Assembly (NCBI GenBank): GCA_977030845.1
Contig: OZ365115.1
Span: 36,580,001-36,644,000, forward strand
Reading direction: 5' to 3'
Length of the DNA: 64,000 bases
Origin: Fimbriosthenelais zetlandica
Lineage: Eukaryota
Shown piece after piece: positions 14,601-26,796 of this stretch (position 1 is the first letter of the stretch; the number at the start of each line of letters is the position of its first letter). The notes below the pieces were generated by a model. The model saw nothing but the letters and a program-made list of their open reading frames with translations. It was not told where the DNA came from and made no database searches. Position numbers and translations under genes: made by a program.

Positions 14601-17600
14601 TCTGGTCCAGGCCCCAAGGTCTTATAAAACGACTACGCAATACATTGACAATGTTTCCTCTCTTATGTTCCCCTCAAAATGGTGTCCTCGGCAAGTCGCT
14701 TTGTATAGACCTACATAACAGTTGTATAGACCGACATAACACTTCCTTGTCCTTGGCTCTGCTATGCATTTCTTATCTATTTTTGAATGTACATGTATGT
14801 ACGTCGCATCTTGATGTTTTCTACGCCAATCGATCCACTCCTCCAATTTCTTTCTCTTGTCTTCCTGCGGCAATGTTGCTGTTCCCTTCGTCTTTCCATC
14901 TGTCCTAGTTCACCTTAATTTGCTTTCCATCCTTTCTTCATTTAAATGTCAGCCATTTTGTACCCAGTTCCCTCACCACCATATCTCGTCCTAACCACCC
15001 CACATCCCCAGTTTTTTTTGTCAAAAGCTCCGCTCACATTTTATCAAACGTTTTTACATCCCCACCACAGCAATCCTGGATCATGACATTTTTTAAGTGT
15101 TCTTTCTCATGTTGAAGCCCATGTTAACATTGTAACTGCTTTCATTTTTAACGAATCATTTTTTCTTAAAGCCCTCGAGGCTTTAATTTCCATTAATTCA
15201 AACTGGATTCGAAACTTGCAAACCATTAACATTTGGAGAAGGGAAGCTGGTGAAATCGTCCTCTCATTTTCGGTCCACAGCCTACTTTGTCAAACAATTA
15301 AAAGGAGTTTGCAGTCAAGAGTGCAGAGGAAAAATAATGGCTTTCTGTTTGTTTTATAACAGTGATGAACAAGTTTGAATGCACGCCGCTGTCTGCATGA
15401 ATGAAAGCATGAATTTCAGTTTAAATCTTTTTTTGTCATCAATAATTCCTTTCTCCATGACCTTTCCACATGAGCGTTGTTGAGGCTGAAGATCTGACAC
15501 TTTTATTTCTTAATTGCTTCTTCAGTGGATACAAGAAATGGAGATAGATGTCTCTAAAGGGAAATATTCATATAACGAGTACCACATATCCCTTTAAAAG
15601 ATAAAATGCACTACTTTAATGACAATAATTATGTCTAAAAGTGCATCATATGAGTGTATGGCTGCCATACATTAACCAATATATTCAGGTTAATGCCTCT
15701 ACCTTCACTCACCCTGCTCTACATGTTGATGTGTCTATGAACCAGTGATGTAGATGTAATTATCCCACTGACCATCAAACCTCATCATGAGCTTACAAAA
15801 TCTAATTAGTTCTTGATGGATGAGTCCTTGCTTGTCGTGCGCAGTAGACTAGAGTCAAGGATCATCATTTACAGGAATTAGGCTGGCATTAATTAATTTG
15901 GACCCTAAGAGTTTTAATTATCATCTGAGGACATACATGTATGTAATATATTACAATCTTCCCATATTATAAGTCATTTCAACATCATGTACTCTAATTG
16001 TACTATGGAGTTATGTTCAGTTAAGTTTACACACTGATTAGCCCAACGACCTTTGACTGTGGTTCTACATTGTTGGGAGTCCCATTCCATGTCATTTGTA
16101 ATGTATGGAGGAGGCGGCATGGCTTAGATCCATAGTCAGAACTCCATGGCCAGTTACTGGGCTCCAGGCTAATCTTTTGTGATGGGCTTTCTTTAAGACA
16201 AAGTCCTTCCCTTGTCCGCTTTTTAGTTTTTCTTCATACTCTCTTTTGTTCCATTTCTTTCACCCCAGTTTCTCACGTCGCTTTGTAAAATTCTTAATTG
16301 TTGTTTTGCTTCTTTAATATTTGCCATCACAGAATTCCAATCCTGCCTGAAAATGGAACATGTTGGAATTTCAACACGGATAAAAACGGATCACTTTTTA
16401 AAGCCATGACGAAGCGTTCTCCATTCATTTTATAGACTAACAAACATCAGCAGAGTAAAACTCCCTTGTAGCTGGATAAAAAGAAAGGCAGAGATAAATT
16501 GTAACTAAATGGCGAGTAATGCCAGCTCCACCGCCAGGCATTACCCGGCATGCTCTATGGCGCTTCCTCTGCTCTCATTGGTGAATCCAATTTAGGGAGA
16601 TGGAGAGAACATAAAATATTAAGAGCAATCTTGTGAATACTTCATAAATTATTTAGCCTATTGCAAATGGGAAACACCACAGCTTGCCTTCAAGCAGGAC
16701 TTTTCACTACTACTGTACATGTCATTTCTGAAGCACAGACTGTGCATTTTAATTGTTCTATTACACTATTTGCTATTATTTCTATTGTCAGAATTGGTAA
16801 TGTTACCAAAATCTTAATTAAAGTTCAGGGCGCGGTATTTTTCGAGCCCTGTATTATGCATTCCAGGAACATTCTGGAAACCAAAGAATGTAGGCTAATT
16901 TCTCTTTAAACATTCTTCAGTGAGTTCATATATATTCATTTTAAGCGTTAGATTTTTATCCCTGAGCACCATTTATGAGCCTTCCACGCATGGTACCGGG
17001 GCTGTATATTGTAAGCAGGTTAGTGTTAGACCCATGAAGTGACCAATGGTCAGTCTGGGAGGAGAGGAGGGCATTTAAGGCGAGTAAACAATGGTGCAAT
17101 GTGAATGAATGGGTGTGGGTGAAGGTGGAAGGTGAATAGGTAGACAGGGAGGACAAACACTAACACCAACCTGTCAACATTCATCTCCCTGTGTCCAGGC
17201 ACACTCGAAATAAAACTCTTACTATCTTCTTACTAGTAGCTGACTCAAAATCAGATATTTAGATCAATTCTTTGTTTCTTAAAATGTTCGTAAAATTAGA
17301 AGTATATGGTGCTGTGTAGCCTATTCGCAAAGCAACGACTGCAATGACGTGATTTCTGTAGAAGGCTCAGGTGTGAATTCCATGCTCGTTATTGCAGGCA
17401 GATTTTGATTTCAGTTTTTTATTTTTAGCATTTCTCATCCCCAGCTTAACCTTGCAAATTGCCCTCAATCGCTGATGTCACCTGATGGCACTGGCTTGGA
17501 ATTTCTGTCTTTAAAAAGACGTCAGTGATTTTGAATAACAAAAACACACTTCACTGTTCAGCTCATGATGACAATTAGACACCAGCCTTTTAGACACCGG

Positions 17601-20600
17601 ACAATTAGACACTCGGGCAATTAGACATGCACCTCCAGACAATTAGATACTGGCCTATTAGGCACCAGACAATTAGATGTCCAATTGGATGGTGACTAAT
17701 TGTCCGGGTGTCTAATTGTCCGGTGTCTAATTATCAAATAAGGTAATCAAATAAGAAACAAATAAACGGAAATGGGGGCCTAATTGAAAGGGCGATAGGA
17801 AAGGAAGGAGGAAAGAAATGAAGAAACACTATATTTTTATAGAACTTTCGTATTCACATTCTCTCTTAGACATTATATTCGATTGCATCTTGTTGAATTA
17901 AACTTTTCCTTATAAACTACTTATGACAACATGGGAATGCTGTTAGTGTCAATGTGGCAGTAGATATGTTATTTACTTTCAATGCCATCATATAGCTGGA
18001 TATGCTCACACACTGGCATCCTACCAGCCACACATGGCATGTAGCCACGTGATTAGAACGAAAAACATCCCGTTACCATGGAGATACACAGAGTGAGCGG
18101 GATCAGGATATGGATTCCGTCATTTCCAAATCAATGACATCTTGTTATTTTTGTCACATGGAATTAATTCACTGCATAATGTATACAGACATGTGTCTAG
18201 ATACGTCTTCTAGGACATTTCATTATGTCAGGAAAGATCTCTCAGAGGGAAGTAAGCAATATTATTGCTATAACCCAACGACTTATCAGTGGCTTATGTA
18301 AATCCTCCTTATTTTGAAACTGACCCCAGACGAACAGTGTAAAGTCGGACATATTACTTCCATTACTGCACTCGACATTTTCCAATTGGCTTAAGACGTA
18401 CACTGAATGAGTGCCAATGCTCGTTTCTTAACCTCAAATAATGAATGGCTTCTCCCTACCATTGTCCTTTAAGGCTTATCTCCTTATTGAAAACAGTTCC
18501 ATCTCAGTACTGGACCGTTTCATTAAGGATCTTAGACCGACCTTGCTAATTAGCGAGGTATTATAAAATTAGCGAAACGGGCGATGCTGTGATCAGCAGC
18601 GGAACTGGAGGAAGGAATGACTTTAATTGAAAGCTTGTGATATTATCATCCTAATTTGAGTGATTAATACAAGACGGGGAGTAGGGCATTGTATGACAGC
18701 CCAGCCTCAATCCCCTCTTCATCTCCATTACTTTGTTCGCTTCCTCAGACATTCTTGACGCTGAAATCGAAGTTATCAAGAATTCCAGGCTTAAATAATC
18801 CAGCCGAGTTTTAAATCTCCGATATCATTACAATTGTGCGCAGATTGGGTACTACATTGAAGCAATTTTAAGCGCATATATCCATTAAATATTTATTACA
18901 TATTACAGTATAATGCTTCTTATGCAGCCCATCCATGTTCGGTGGGAACAAACAGCATGTATATCATTTTTAGTATTCAGTATCTTAGTACTTGTGAGAT
19001 ATTCCAAGTAGAAGGTCTACGAGAACCTTTTGCAAAAATTCTCGTAATCCATCGAAAGGGAATCGGGTTAATTTTCCCGAACTTGGCGGAGGAGGTTGTC
19101 CCTCCTCACGGGAAATCAGTCGGCAACACAAGTGAAGCAGGTGATGTTGACGGAAGTTATTTTCAAATGTCTAATAACATTCATTCTTAAAGAAAGGTGC
19201 TGTTGTGCTGACTTGAAATTTATATGCCACGCCATATATTCCCCATGGCGTTAGAGGCTCGGCTTACCACCTCCACAGAGTACTGCTTATCAAGTGAAAC
19301 ACGATTTTAATAGATTCTGAGAGTTGTTTTTCTCTGTGTAATATAATCTTGTTTTTCTCAGCCACAGAAAGGTGAGATAGGCCACTCTGTTTTTTTAATC
19401 ACCGACCCTAAGCAACAGCGACTCTGACATTAAGGCATTTACGTTCACACAGAATTCACACAAAAAAGTCCAGAGTCTGTTCAAATGTCCGGTGACCCCA
19501 AAGCCAACAGCCTGATGTGGTGTGTCCATCTGCATACGAAACTATCCTCTTTCTTCAGAAGTGCTTTAAAAGTCTGCTAAAATGGCACTCTTTTATTTTT
19601 CTCTAACATTTATAAGGACTGGGAACATATTGTGAGCCGATACTTGAAGCCATACACTCCATCATAAGATATGTTACTGATATAAAGCGATTCATAACCG
19701 ATCTGCAGCGAATAAGCGGAAGTTTCCACTGAACAGCCCGCGCCTGTTCTGAATACCCGGCAGCTTGATGAAGTACTTGTCTACGTCCATGTAATGTCCC
19801 TGACTGCCTCTGGCCATCCACTACAATCCCTCAATGCACGAGGCAGCGAGGCCTAAACACACAAGACACAGGATTAGTGGCTAAAAGATGCAAAACCTGA
19901 CATCACCAATTATTCATAACATCATGATGTAAGGGGGTGTTTAATTTTATTAAGTAGACGAATGTAGTAGGTTGGAGAATGGGGATAGGCGTATGGAACA
20001 CTTTGTGCTGCAATATGTGTTCTTCATTTCCTTTAAGGGGACCTGCAAGGCACAAAGATAGCAATCAACTATTACTGTGACATTTTTATCTTTTGATGAG
20101 GTGTCATTATTATGTTCACTATGGTTTTGGAAGAGTTTATGCTATGTTTAAGCTAAGTCGTGTTCTCGATATAGATAAGTTCAAAGTTGTCTTTCTTTTA
20201 ATACTGTAATCTTTTCATAATGTCTGGAACCACCCCAAATGTGGAACATATCAGAGTCCATATACTGACCTTTCAAACCATATACTGCCCACCCTCCAAA
20301 TTCTGTGGTAGGGGGCCTTGGCCCCTGTGGCCCCCTACTTTCCTATGCCCCCGCCATACGATGGTCCACCGCAGCAGGTCGCATGATGTGTACACGTATT
20401 CATAAAACATCAAACATCGTGAGGATTGCATGGTCTGCCACGAATGTCAACTATGAATAGATTACTGTCAGATATGTAGCCTTCTCCTTCAGAGAAATGA
20501 AAAAAAACCCTGACAGGATCTCTCTTAGCTTCAGAACCTGAATGGTGGTACTCAATATCAATGAGGTTACGCATGCTTGCAGAATTGGCCTTCAAAATCA

Positions 20601-23600
20601 CAACCCTTTCGAGATTTTTTTTCTTGGAAAAATGTACCCATTTTTTTCAAATGTGATTTTTTCGACATAGGGACATACCCTTTCCTCCCTGAAAAAGGGG
20701 AACATAATGTGTACCCACTTTGGTTGGCAGTGCCCTCAGCGTTTCAGAGGCAAAAGGTTCCATTGAAATTCTTGACAGCCACGGCTGTCGCTATACATAT
20801 GTGAGGTCCATGGTGTATTTGATGCGACTTTCAGGAGAAGCCGTCTGATCGTGATCTATAAAATATGGCTGCTTATTACTGCTCATCTCCCTCGCGCTAA
20901 AGCTATAAGGAAGCCTGTTTTTCTTTGTTAATTTAGCAAGAAAAAAGCCTTTGAAGTGATACCTTCAGCATTTAATATATATCACGCAATCCATAATTGC
21001 CCGGGGGTGTGGGATAGACTTGTAGGCAAAAATCTTGTTGGAAGCATGCGACTCCTTCTATAACTTAATATATGCAAGAATTATATGCAGAATTTCGTAT
21101 CTCGTATTTCAAGAGGACAGTCAATTTATTTAAATCCTAATTTAATTTAACCACATCAGAGTTTAAGCACAAATTCCAGCCCGCCTCCTCTGTGCTGAAA
21201 AACATACCCTTCCCAATCTTCTTTTCCCCATACACAGTTTTAAAAACAATCTTTTAATTTAATTGGACCGCATTCCAAAGGAGATGCTTATGCATCTTGT
21301 CATGGCGTTCCACTATGCCATGGTGGACCAAGTACTTAAACCTGTTTTATCCTTTCACTTTTTAGGCCAACCCATCACCAAAACTTACATCAACAAAACT
21401 AATCCCCTTATAACTTTCTATATTAATAATAAGTGGGACAGGCGAGCTAAATGCAGTCATTCCTGGCCTTGAAATCATTCAGAACCAATCACTTCAGGTA
21501 CTGCATGTAATTACTTTTCCAGACAATCCTGATAGGATGTGACTCACATTGAAATGAAACTGATGTGAGAAATGTCAGCTTGTTTTGATGCCAACTACAA
21601 TATATATGCCCCATGCCTTTCTCCAATTCACTTTCGCTCTATTTTCTTGAAATATATGAATTTTTCTCTTGATTTTCTCTCTCTCTCTCAAAATGTAAAT
21701 AGTAGGCCTACAATATTACACTTTGTAGTGCGCACAATATTAACTCAAAGCTGAATTGCCTGGAAGGCGTGAATTACGCAAGCCGACAAAATTATTTCAT
21801 TCTATTCTTATTAAAATTATCCAATCCAATGAAGTGGGTCCATCATGTGTGAGCTAATGAGCTACATGATGACGTCACTATTTCTTCATTTACATTATTC
21901 TTCATTTACAAATTCTTCAAGCCCTCCATATATATAGAGCATTGCACGTAAGTGCTGCATAGGATTGTCCTTTTCGAAGAAATAGTTTAGCAATGAACTA
22001 GAATCAAATGCATGGAACAAATGTACTCGGCATTTAGTAGAAAATGATATATAAAGACCAATATGACTTGCCCAGGAAACTCCATTTTTCTCTGAAAAAA
22101 TATTGCAGTACTTAAACCTTGCCAATATGTCGGTCTTCCCTCTCCCCTCCCCAATTCACCTTCCCTACAGTAAAATGGCTTGGTAAGCAGAACGCTCGGA
22201 GGGCTTTATAATGGCAGCGACACAGCACTTAATGAAATCCGGCCTTGCACTTCTGCATCTCAAGAGTTTCTTTTGGACTTACGTTAAGTGGGGAACAAAT
22301 ATACTGTCAGCAGACAAGTTATAGTTAAGTCTGCGAAGAAACGGGACCCACAGGCATGAATTATATATCTTATTCTTTTGCGAAACAAAAGAAGAAAGAT
22401 AGATTTCATTCCACTGAAAAAAGAGGAAGACACATTCCTTAGACTGAAGGAGAAGCATATTTTCAAGCTGCAACAAAGGGATGTCAAAACAATTCTAGTC
22501 AGAAGTGGTAAATCTTCGCGATTTACTTGTACCCTCGTCGAGTGATTACATTGCTCCAATGCCGTTTTCGTGAAAACGTTTTTGACAATTGCTTGTTATT
22601 ACATTGTCCAAGCACTGGTTTGTTAAAATCATAGCCTGTACAATGCAATCACCAAAGAGGGTACCCTCGCTGACAACAGTGATTTACAACAGTGTCGTCT
22701 ATATGTTAAAAAGCACGTTTCTGACATGAAAGTGCTGGAAACCAGGAAAATTAAAAGCACCTCGAGTTTGACATGCGCTGACAAGTTTGTCTGCTCAGCG
22801 CCAGGCAATCTCCAGAGGTGGACTTGAGCCATCCGAGTCCACGGAACAAAGTCTGACGATAACGCATCTGATTAAACAGATGGGTGTGGTTGGAGGAGAC
22901 AGAGATAGGAGGAAAAATAGTCCGTCTAGTTGACAGTCATGTGGTTTGTTGAACATGGTGTTGATGGGGTGATGCTGATAGGAATGGGAAAGGAAAACGA
23001 GGGAAAGGGAACAAAAGAGGGATGCAACAGGGAATAGGAAAGAGGGGAAATGTGACAGGGGAAAGGGACAGAGGGGAAATGCAACAGGGAAAAGGAAAAA
23101 AGGAGGGATGCAACAGGGAAACTTAAGGTAATGCAGGGTGGAGCATCAGATGTGCAACACATCTGTGTAACATAAAAGAGGTTAGATCATAGAACTGTAG
23201 AAGCACAGTTCTATGGTTAGATACAACGGGGAAAGGCAATTTTTCTCGCAGTCATAGTTGCAGCCATGAAGAACATGGTCCAGGAAGAGTCTACCTCACA
23301 TGTCTGATGTATCTCCCGCCTCTCTACATCTACCGTTATTGACTCATACAGCTCACATTCGCCGTGATTTGTTGGCCCAATGGCAAAGATCTATAGGACC
23401 TACTACAATGGCTGCGGTCTATACCAGCCACTCATGTATATGGCTCTAACTCATGAATATGTATGAGGCAAACGCTGGTCCTTTCAAGGTTCATCCAATG
23501 ACATCTATTATAGACGTCACCTAAGTTTGTCCTTAAACGTCTCTTAAGTTTGCCATTAAGAACATTAAATCACTTATCACTTCATTAAGATTTACATTTT

Positions 23601-26443
23601 GAATAATTATGTTGAGTAGAAAGTTATCAATCTGCCCATTGCACAACCAACTATCGCTCAATTGAGTTTGTACAAACGACCGTTCGTCGTGCAAGGGACT
23701 GAATACATCATGTAGCATGTACATATATAGCTCAACCTGCAGCCTGGTTCAAAAGGAATATTCGCCATAGAGTTAGCATTGCTAATGTTCCTTATGAACC
23801 AGTGTCCTGCCATCCTGCGTCTCAGCATGGACTCTCCCTAATCCCTTGACATTAATACTGACTAATGGATATAGATGGGCGAGCCGTCACCACTATATAA
23901 CAAGTCACATCCCTGCCTAATGGAGCAAGAATGCAAGTAAATCTCATGTTACATCATGCTGGCCGAACCAACAGCCCATTATATGGTAAACAAGTCCCCT
24001 AAAGTATATAATTTATACTTTATTATCACAATGTCTGCAGAAATAATAAGCTGTATACATCAGAATTATATATTCATACATCATACTGTAGTATGTATAC
24101 AAAATGACTATTCCTTTGAGATCTCGACTGTTTTTCCCTGGCAGCAAAATACGTGGACAGTAGCACCATTTCACTGCATTGTCTGGCATGCCAGTTCTGA
24201 ACTAGGTCCATACCCCATGATAGTAATGCCTCCTACATCATTTATGTGTAGAATTATGTATATTAGTCATAGAAAGTTATAGATCTGGGGCATGTTTCAA
24301 AAGGAAACATGCTCATGGGGGACGTTGCATTATATAAGTCAATGTTAAGTTGTAAACTAAAATGAAGCTTTCTCTGAAACAGGCCTCAGAGGCCCTTTTT
24401 GTGCAACCATTTCCAATTAGCTTAACACTGCTAATAGATGCCTTTTACCTGTCAGCAACTGGTTTTCTGGTAATCTGTCAACATCATTATAATACGTTAC
24501 TGTATAAAACAAATTCTGATCGCCCAGAAGATGGATAGAGTTATACTAAAGGGGCTCATTTATTAGTACAGTATACCCTCATGAAAACAGGAGTGCATCA
24601 TATGCTACCAAGGCTTTTAGGGAGGAAGATGAAAGACCTAATGCCTGAAATCCGATGCCGCTGCACGCAAAGCCTTTTTTCATGACACTGATCAATTAGT
24701 TGGGCGGGTCTATAAACTTGTTTCTTAGCATGCATGTTTAACTAAGCGGGAACTGTTCTTAAAGGGTGGTGGGAAGAGATATACTGGGGGATCAGCCATT
24801 TTGCCTAATAATTTTTGTGCATGGGATATGCAAGAAATATGTACACCTCAGGGGCCCGTTTCAAAAGGTAAATTTGTTAAGCTATGTCTATGGCTATTCC
24901 CTTTTGATACATTAAATTGTAGGTGTATCCAATAAGGAGGCAAATTGTGGTTCATCAACAAAATTAATGTTAAATGTTAAAAGATATTATGATCCATTAT
25001 CTGACCTTCGTTATGCCATTTGCGTAGATCTATAATATGTGTAGGTAGTTTTCTTGGTAATTGCATCATTAACACATAATCCTGAAAGAAAAAAATGCTG
25101 ATGCAGCAAAGGTGAAATCCGCCAGGCCAGTCTAAGGTCCAGATAGCTCACAAGGCCTTGCTAGGCGCTGGCTGATTGGTAAAATATTGACCCATCTCTT
25201 GGATAACACATTTCCATGTCAAGGGTGCTCCAGGCTTATCAGGGGAATATCTTGTATCAATAGGAAGCCAATTACTTAGCAGACTACTAATTTTCCATCG
25301 TTCTCAAAATGTTGTTGTTCAATAATTATAATAAAGCCACTTTTCGTCCACTTTGTAAGAGGTTAATAAATCGGAATATATCTTGATGATAAGGTGATAG
25401 ATCTAGCGTGTATACATGTTACAGTTGTAGACTCAAGAATGGATGGGTCCTAAGATGAAGGAAATGAAGAAGGACCCATTGAAAATGAACGGAAACCACT
25501 TCATTCTTATCATCATACTGAATAAGTGGGTAAACTCTGGAAGAAGCAGAATCTGAGTATATAGATGTATATAGATGTATATAGCACTAGCAGTGTGTAT
25601 ATAGATACATTGCCACTTCTCATTGTCAATATTTGCATTCCATCACAGAGTGCATGCATGTATGTCAGCGTAGATGAGATGCGGATCTATTTGCCCAGTA
25701 ACCAACAACAATCTTCAGATAGCCTGAAGGATTTAAAAACGTTCCTTTCCAGATTCGATACTAAATAGTCATATCACAAAGGTCAATACTAAGGCAAATA
25801 TATAGAGAACCTCTGTTGTTCAACTTAAAGGCAAAGGAAAAACAAGAGATGCTATGACAACTCCAAACGACTTGTTTCCCAAAGGCAATCCATTGTTTTT
25901 ATTTTAAGAACGACATGCCCAATTCCTTTTTGATCGGAGAAATTTCAGAATCGAATTTACATGCATAATGAAAAGGTATTTAACACGACTGTTGATTGCC
26001 AATTTCTTTTGGATGATCTGCCTGATGAACAAATCCCTGATCTGCAAACCTAATTCTTCTATTCCCTTTCGAAATTACATTGTAGTTGAGAATCACATAT
26101 AATTGTGCACTAATAACGTGTTTAACAATGATTGTTTTCATGCTTTCAGTGCTCAATCCACGAGTGTGGAGATGACGAGTGGAATATCAAGGAGTCACAA
26201 CGCTTCAAACTAAAGTGGGGGATTACTGCCAAGACCTACCCTTGCTTCTTTGACCCGAAAAACACCAACGTCATTGTGCTGGAACGGATGCCAACCACCT
26301 ATGTGGTCCATGCCCTCTTCTGGCCCTCTCTCAGCCTACTGTGTGGCATGTTCATCTGGCTCGGCCTGTGTTTTGGCTGTTGGAGAATAGAAATGGAAAA
26401 CACCTACCCTCAGAGACATGTGGGACCTTATGGCTTACTATGA
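5457..26443 (+). CDS. KCNMB: Calcium-activated (BK) potassium channel beta-subunit family protein, 212 aa, 3 exons: join(5457..5648,6550..6702,26150..26443)
   Basis: All splice sites are GT-AG and phase 0 (CAG|gtgaga, ttccag|GTG, ACT|gtgagt, tttcag|TGC). The product has two hydrophobic TM segments flanking a loop with 8 Cys and sequons NST and NHT. Motifs WPEVTC, CSC...YPCLRITV, CSIHEC, YPCFFDP and ALFWPSL match KCNMB-family motifs as I remember them (YPCLxVxV, CSYIPxC, LFWP). The symbol is family-level only. Confidence 0.85.
6550..6702 (+). CDS. KCNMB: KCNMB-like exon 2 (extracellular loop)
   Basis: Acceptor tatttccag at 6541-6549; VTEYERCLDRYPCLRITV...SFFQT; donor gtgagt at 6703. Confidence 0.85.
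11534..11790 (+). mobile_element. Possible LTR (257 bp)
   Basis: TGTAAC...GTTACA inverted termini, internal AATAAA at about 11636 and a purine-rich tract immediately upstream (PPT-like). No target-site duplication found. Confidence 0.35.
12063..12127. repeat. Perfect 21-bp inverted repeat (23-nt loop) within an (ATCTT)n-rich MITE-like element
   Basis: atcttatcttaaaggtctcgt (12063-12083) / acgagacctttaagataagat (12107-12127). Confidence 0.85.
13632..13872 (-). mobile_element. tRNA-derived SINE
   Basis: On the - strand an A-box-like GGTGTAGTAGTTA (13868-13856) precedes the B box GGTTCGAACC (13828-13819). The body (gtgctgcctcactgag...cacccagtcatattatcctgacac) resembles molluscan SINE cores as I recall them. 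Confidence 0.6.
17571..17735. mobile_element. MITE-like element built of ~14-bp subrepeats in opposite orientations
   Basis: Several gacaattagacac copies on the left and several ggtgtctaattgtcc copies (the reverse complement) on the right. Confidence 0.6.
18100..19830 (-). mobile_element. Heavily decayed DIRS-type (tyrosine-recombinase) retrotransposon
   Basis: Collinear remnants on the - strand in DIRS order: RNase H-like GIVVDGQRQSGT...QVLH...RAV (about 19740-19830), MAWHI (about 19221-19235), recombinase-like PSTWNISQVLRY (about 18981-19015) and KPLISRWVIAII (about 18260-18295). Many stops and frameshifts. Confidence 0.45.
26150..26443 (+). CDS. KCNMB: KCNMB-like exon 3 (end of loop, TM2, C-tail)
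   Basis: Acceptor tgctttcag ends at 26149; CSIHEC...YPCFFDP...HALFWPSLSLLCGMFIWLGLC...stop; in phase with exon 2. Confidence 0.85.
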   Translation, partial: CSIHECGDDEWNIKESQRFKLKWGITAKTYPCFFDPKNTNVIVLERMPTTYVVHALFWPSLSLLCGMFIWLGLCFGCWRIEMENTYPQRHVGPYGLL

Positions 26444-26689
26444 TAACTCATGAACACTGCCCTAAATGAAGTCAAATCCATGAATTCAGTCATAGTCAAA
26501 GTGGGGGAGATAGGCCTACAATGCTTTAATATCGTGTGTCCGTCAGTTCGTTTTTTTCTTGACATAATAAATATGGGATATGAGATGTTGATATTGTAAA
26601 TGTATGATGTTTATACGTTTATATTTGTACTATCCCTCGTATTGGTTTTGGTTTTGGCATGTTAGTTTGGCGGACTGATTTTGCCCTGG

Positions 26690-26796
26690 CTTCCGGTTCT
26701 CTGATTGGTCAATAGCTGCTCTGACGTCACATTCAAAATGGCGGACGAACGTCAAAACACAACCATGACTGTCTTTCTTTGGTCGGAAACGTGAGA
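26690..26796 (+). promoter_or_regulatory. Orphan promoter/first-exon-like motif cluster
   Basis: CTTCCGG (26690), ATTGG (26704), TGACGTCA (26722), YY1-like CAAAATGGCGG (26734) containing an ATG at 26738, then donor gtgaga at 26791. Confidence 0.45.

Noticed and set aside
15170-15520. hAT transposase dimerisation-domain remnant (- strand: NNAHVER; RLWTENERTISPASLLQML)
   Set aside because: Suggestive but too short and fragmented to support without a profile search.
22260-22830. Coding-like, stop-poor stretch on the + strand in the KCNMB intron
   Set aside because: No recognisable domain and no consistent splice sites; possibly an old TE fragment.
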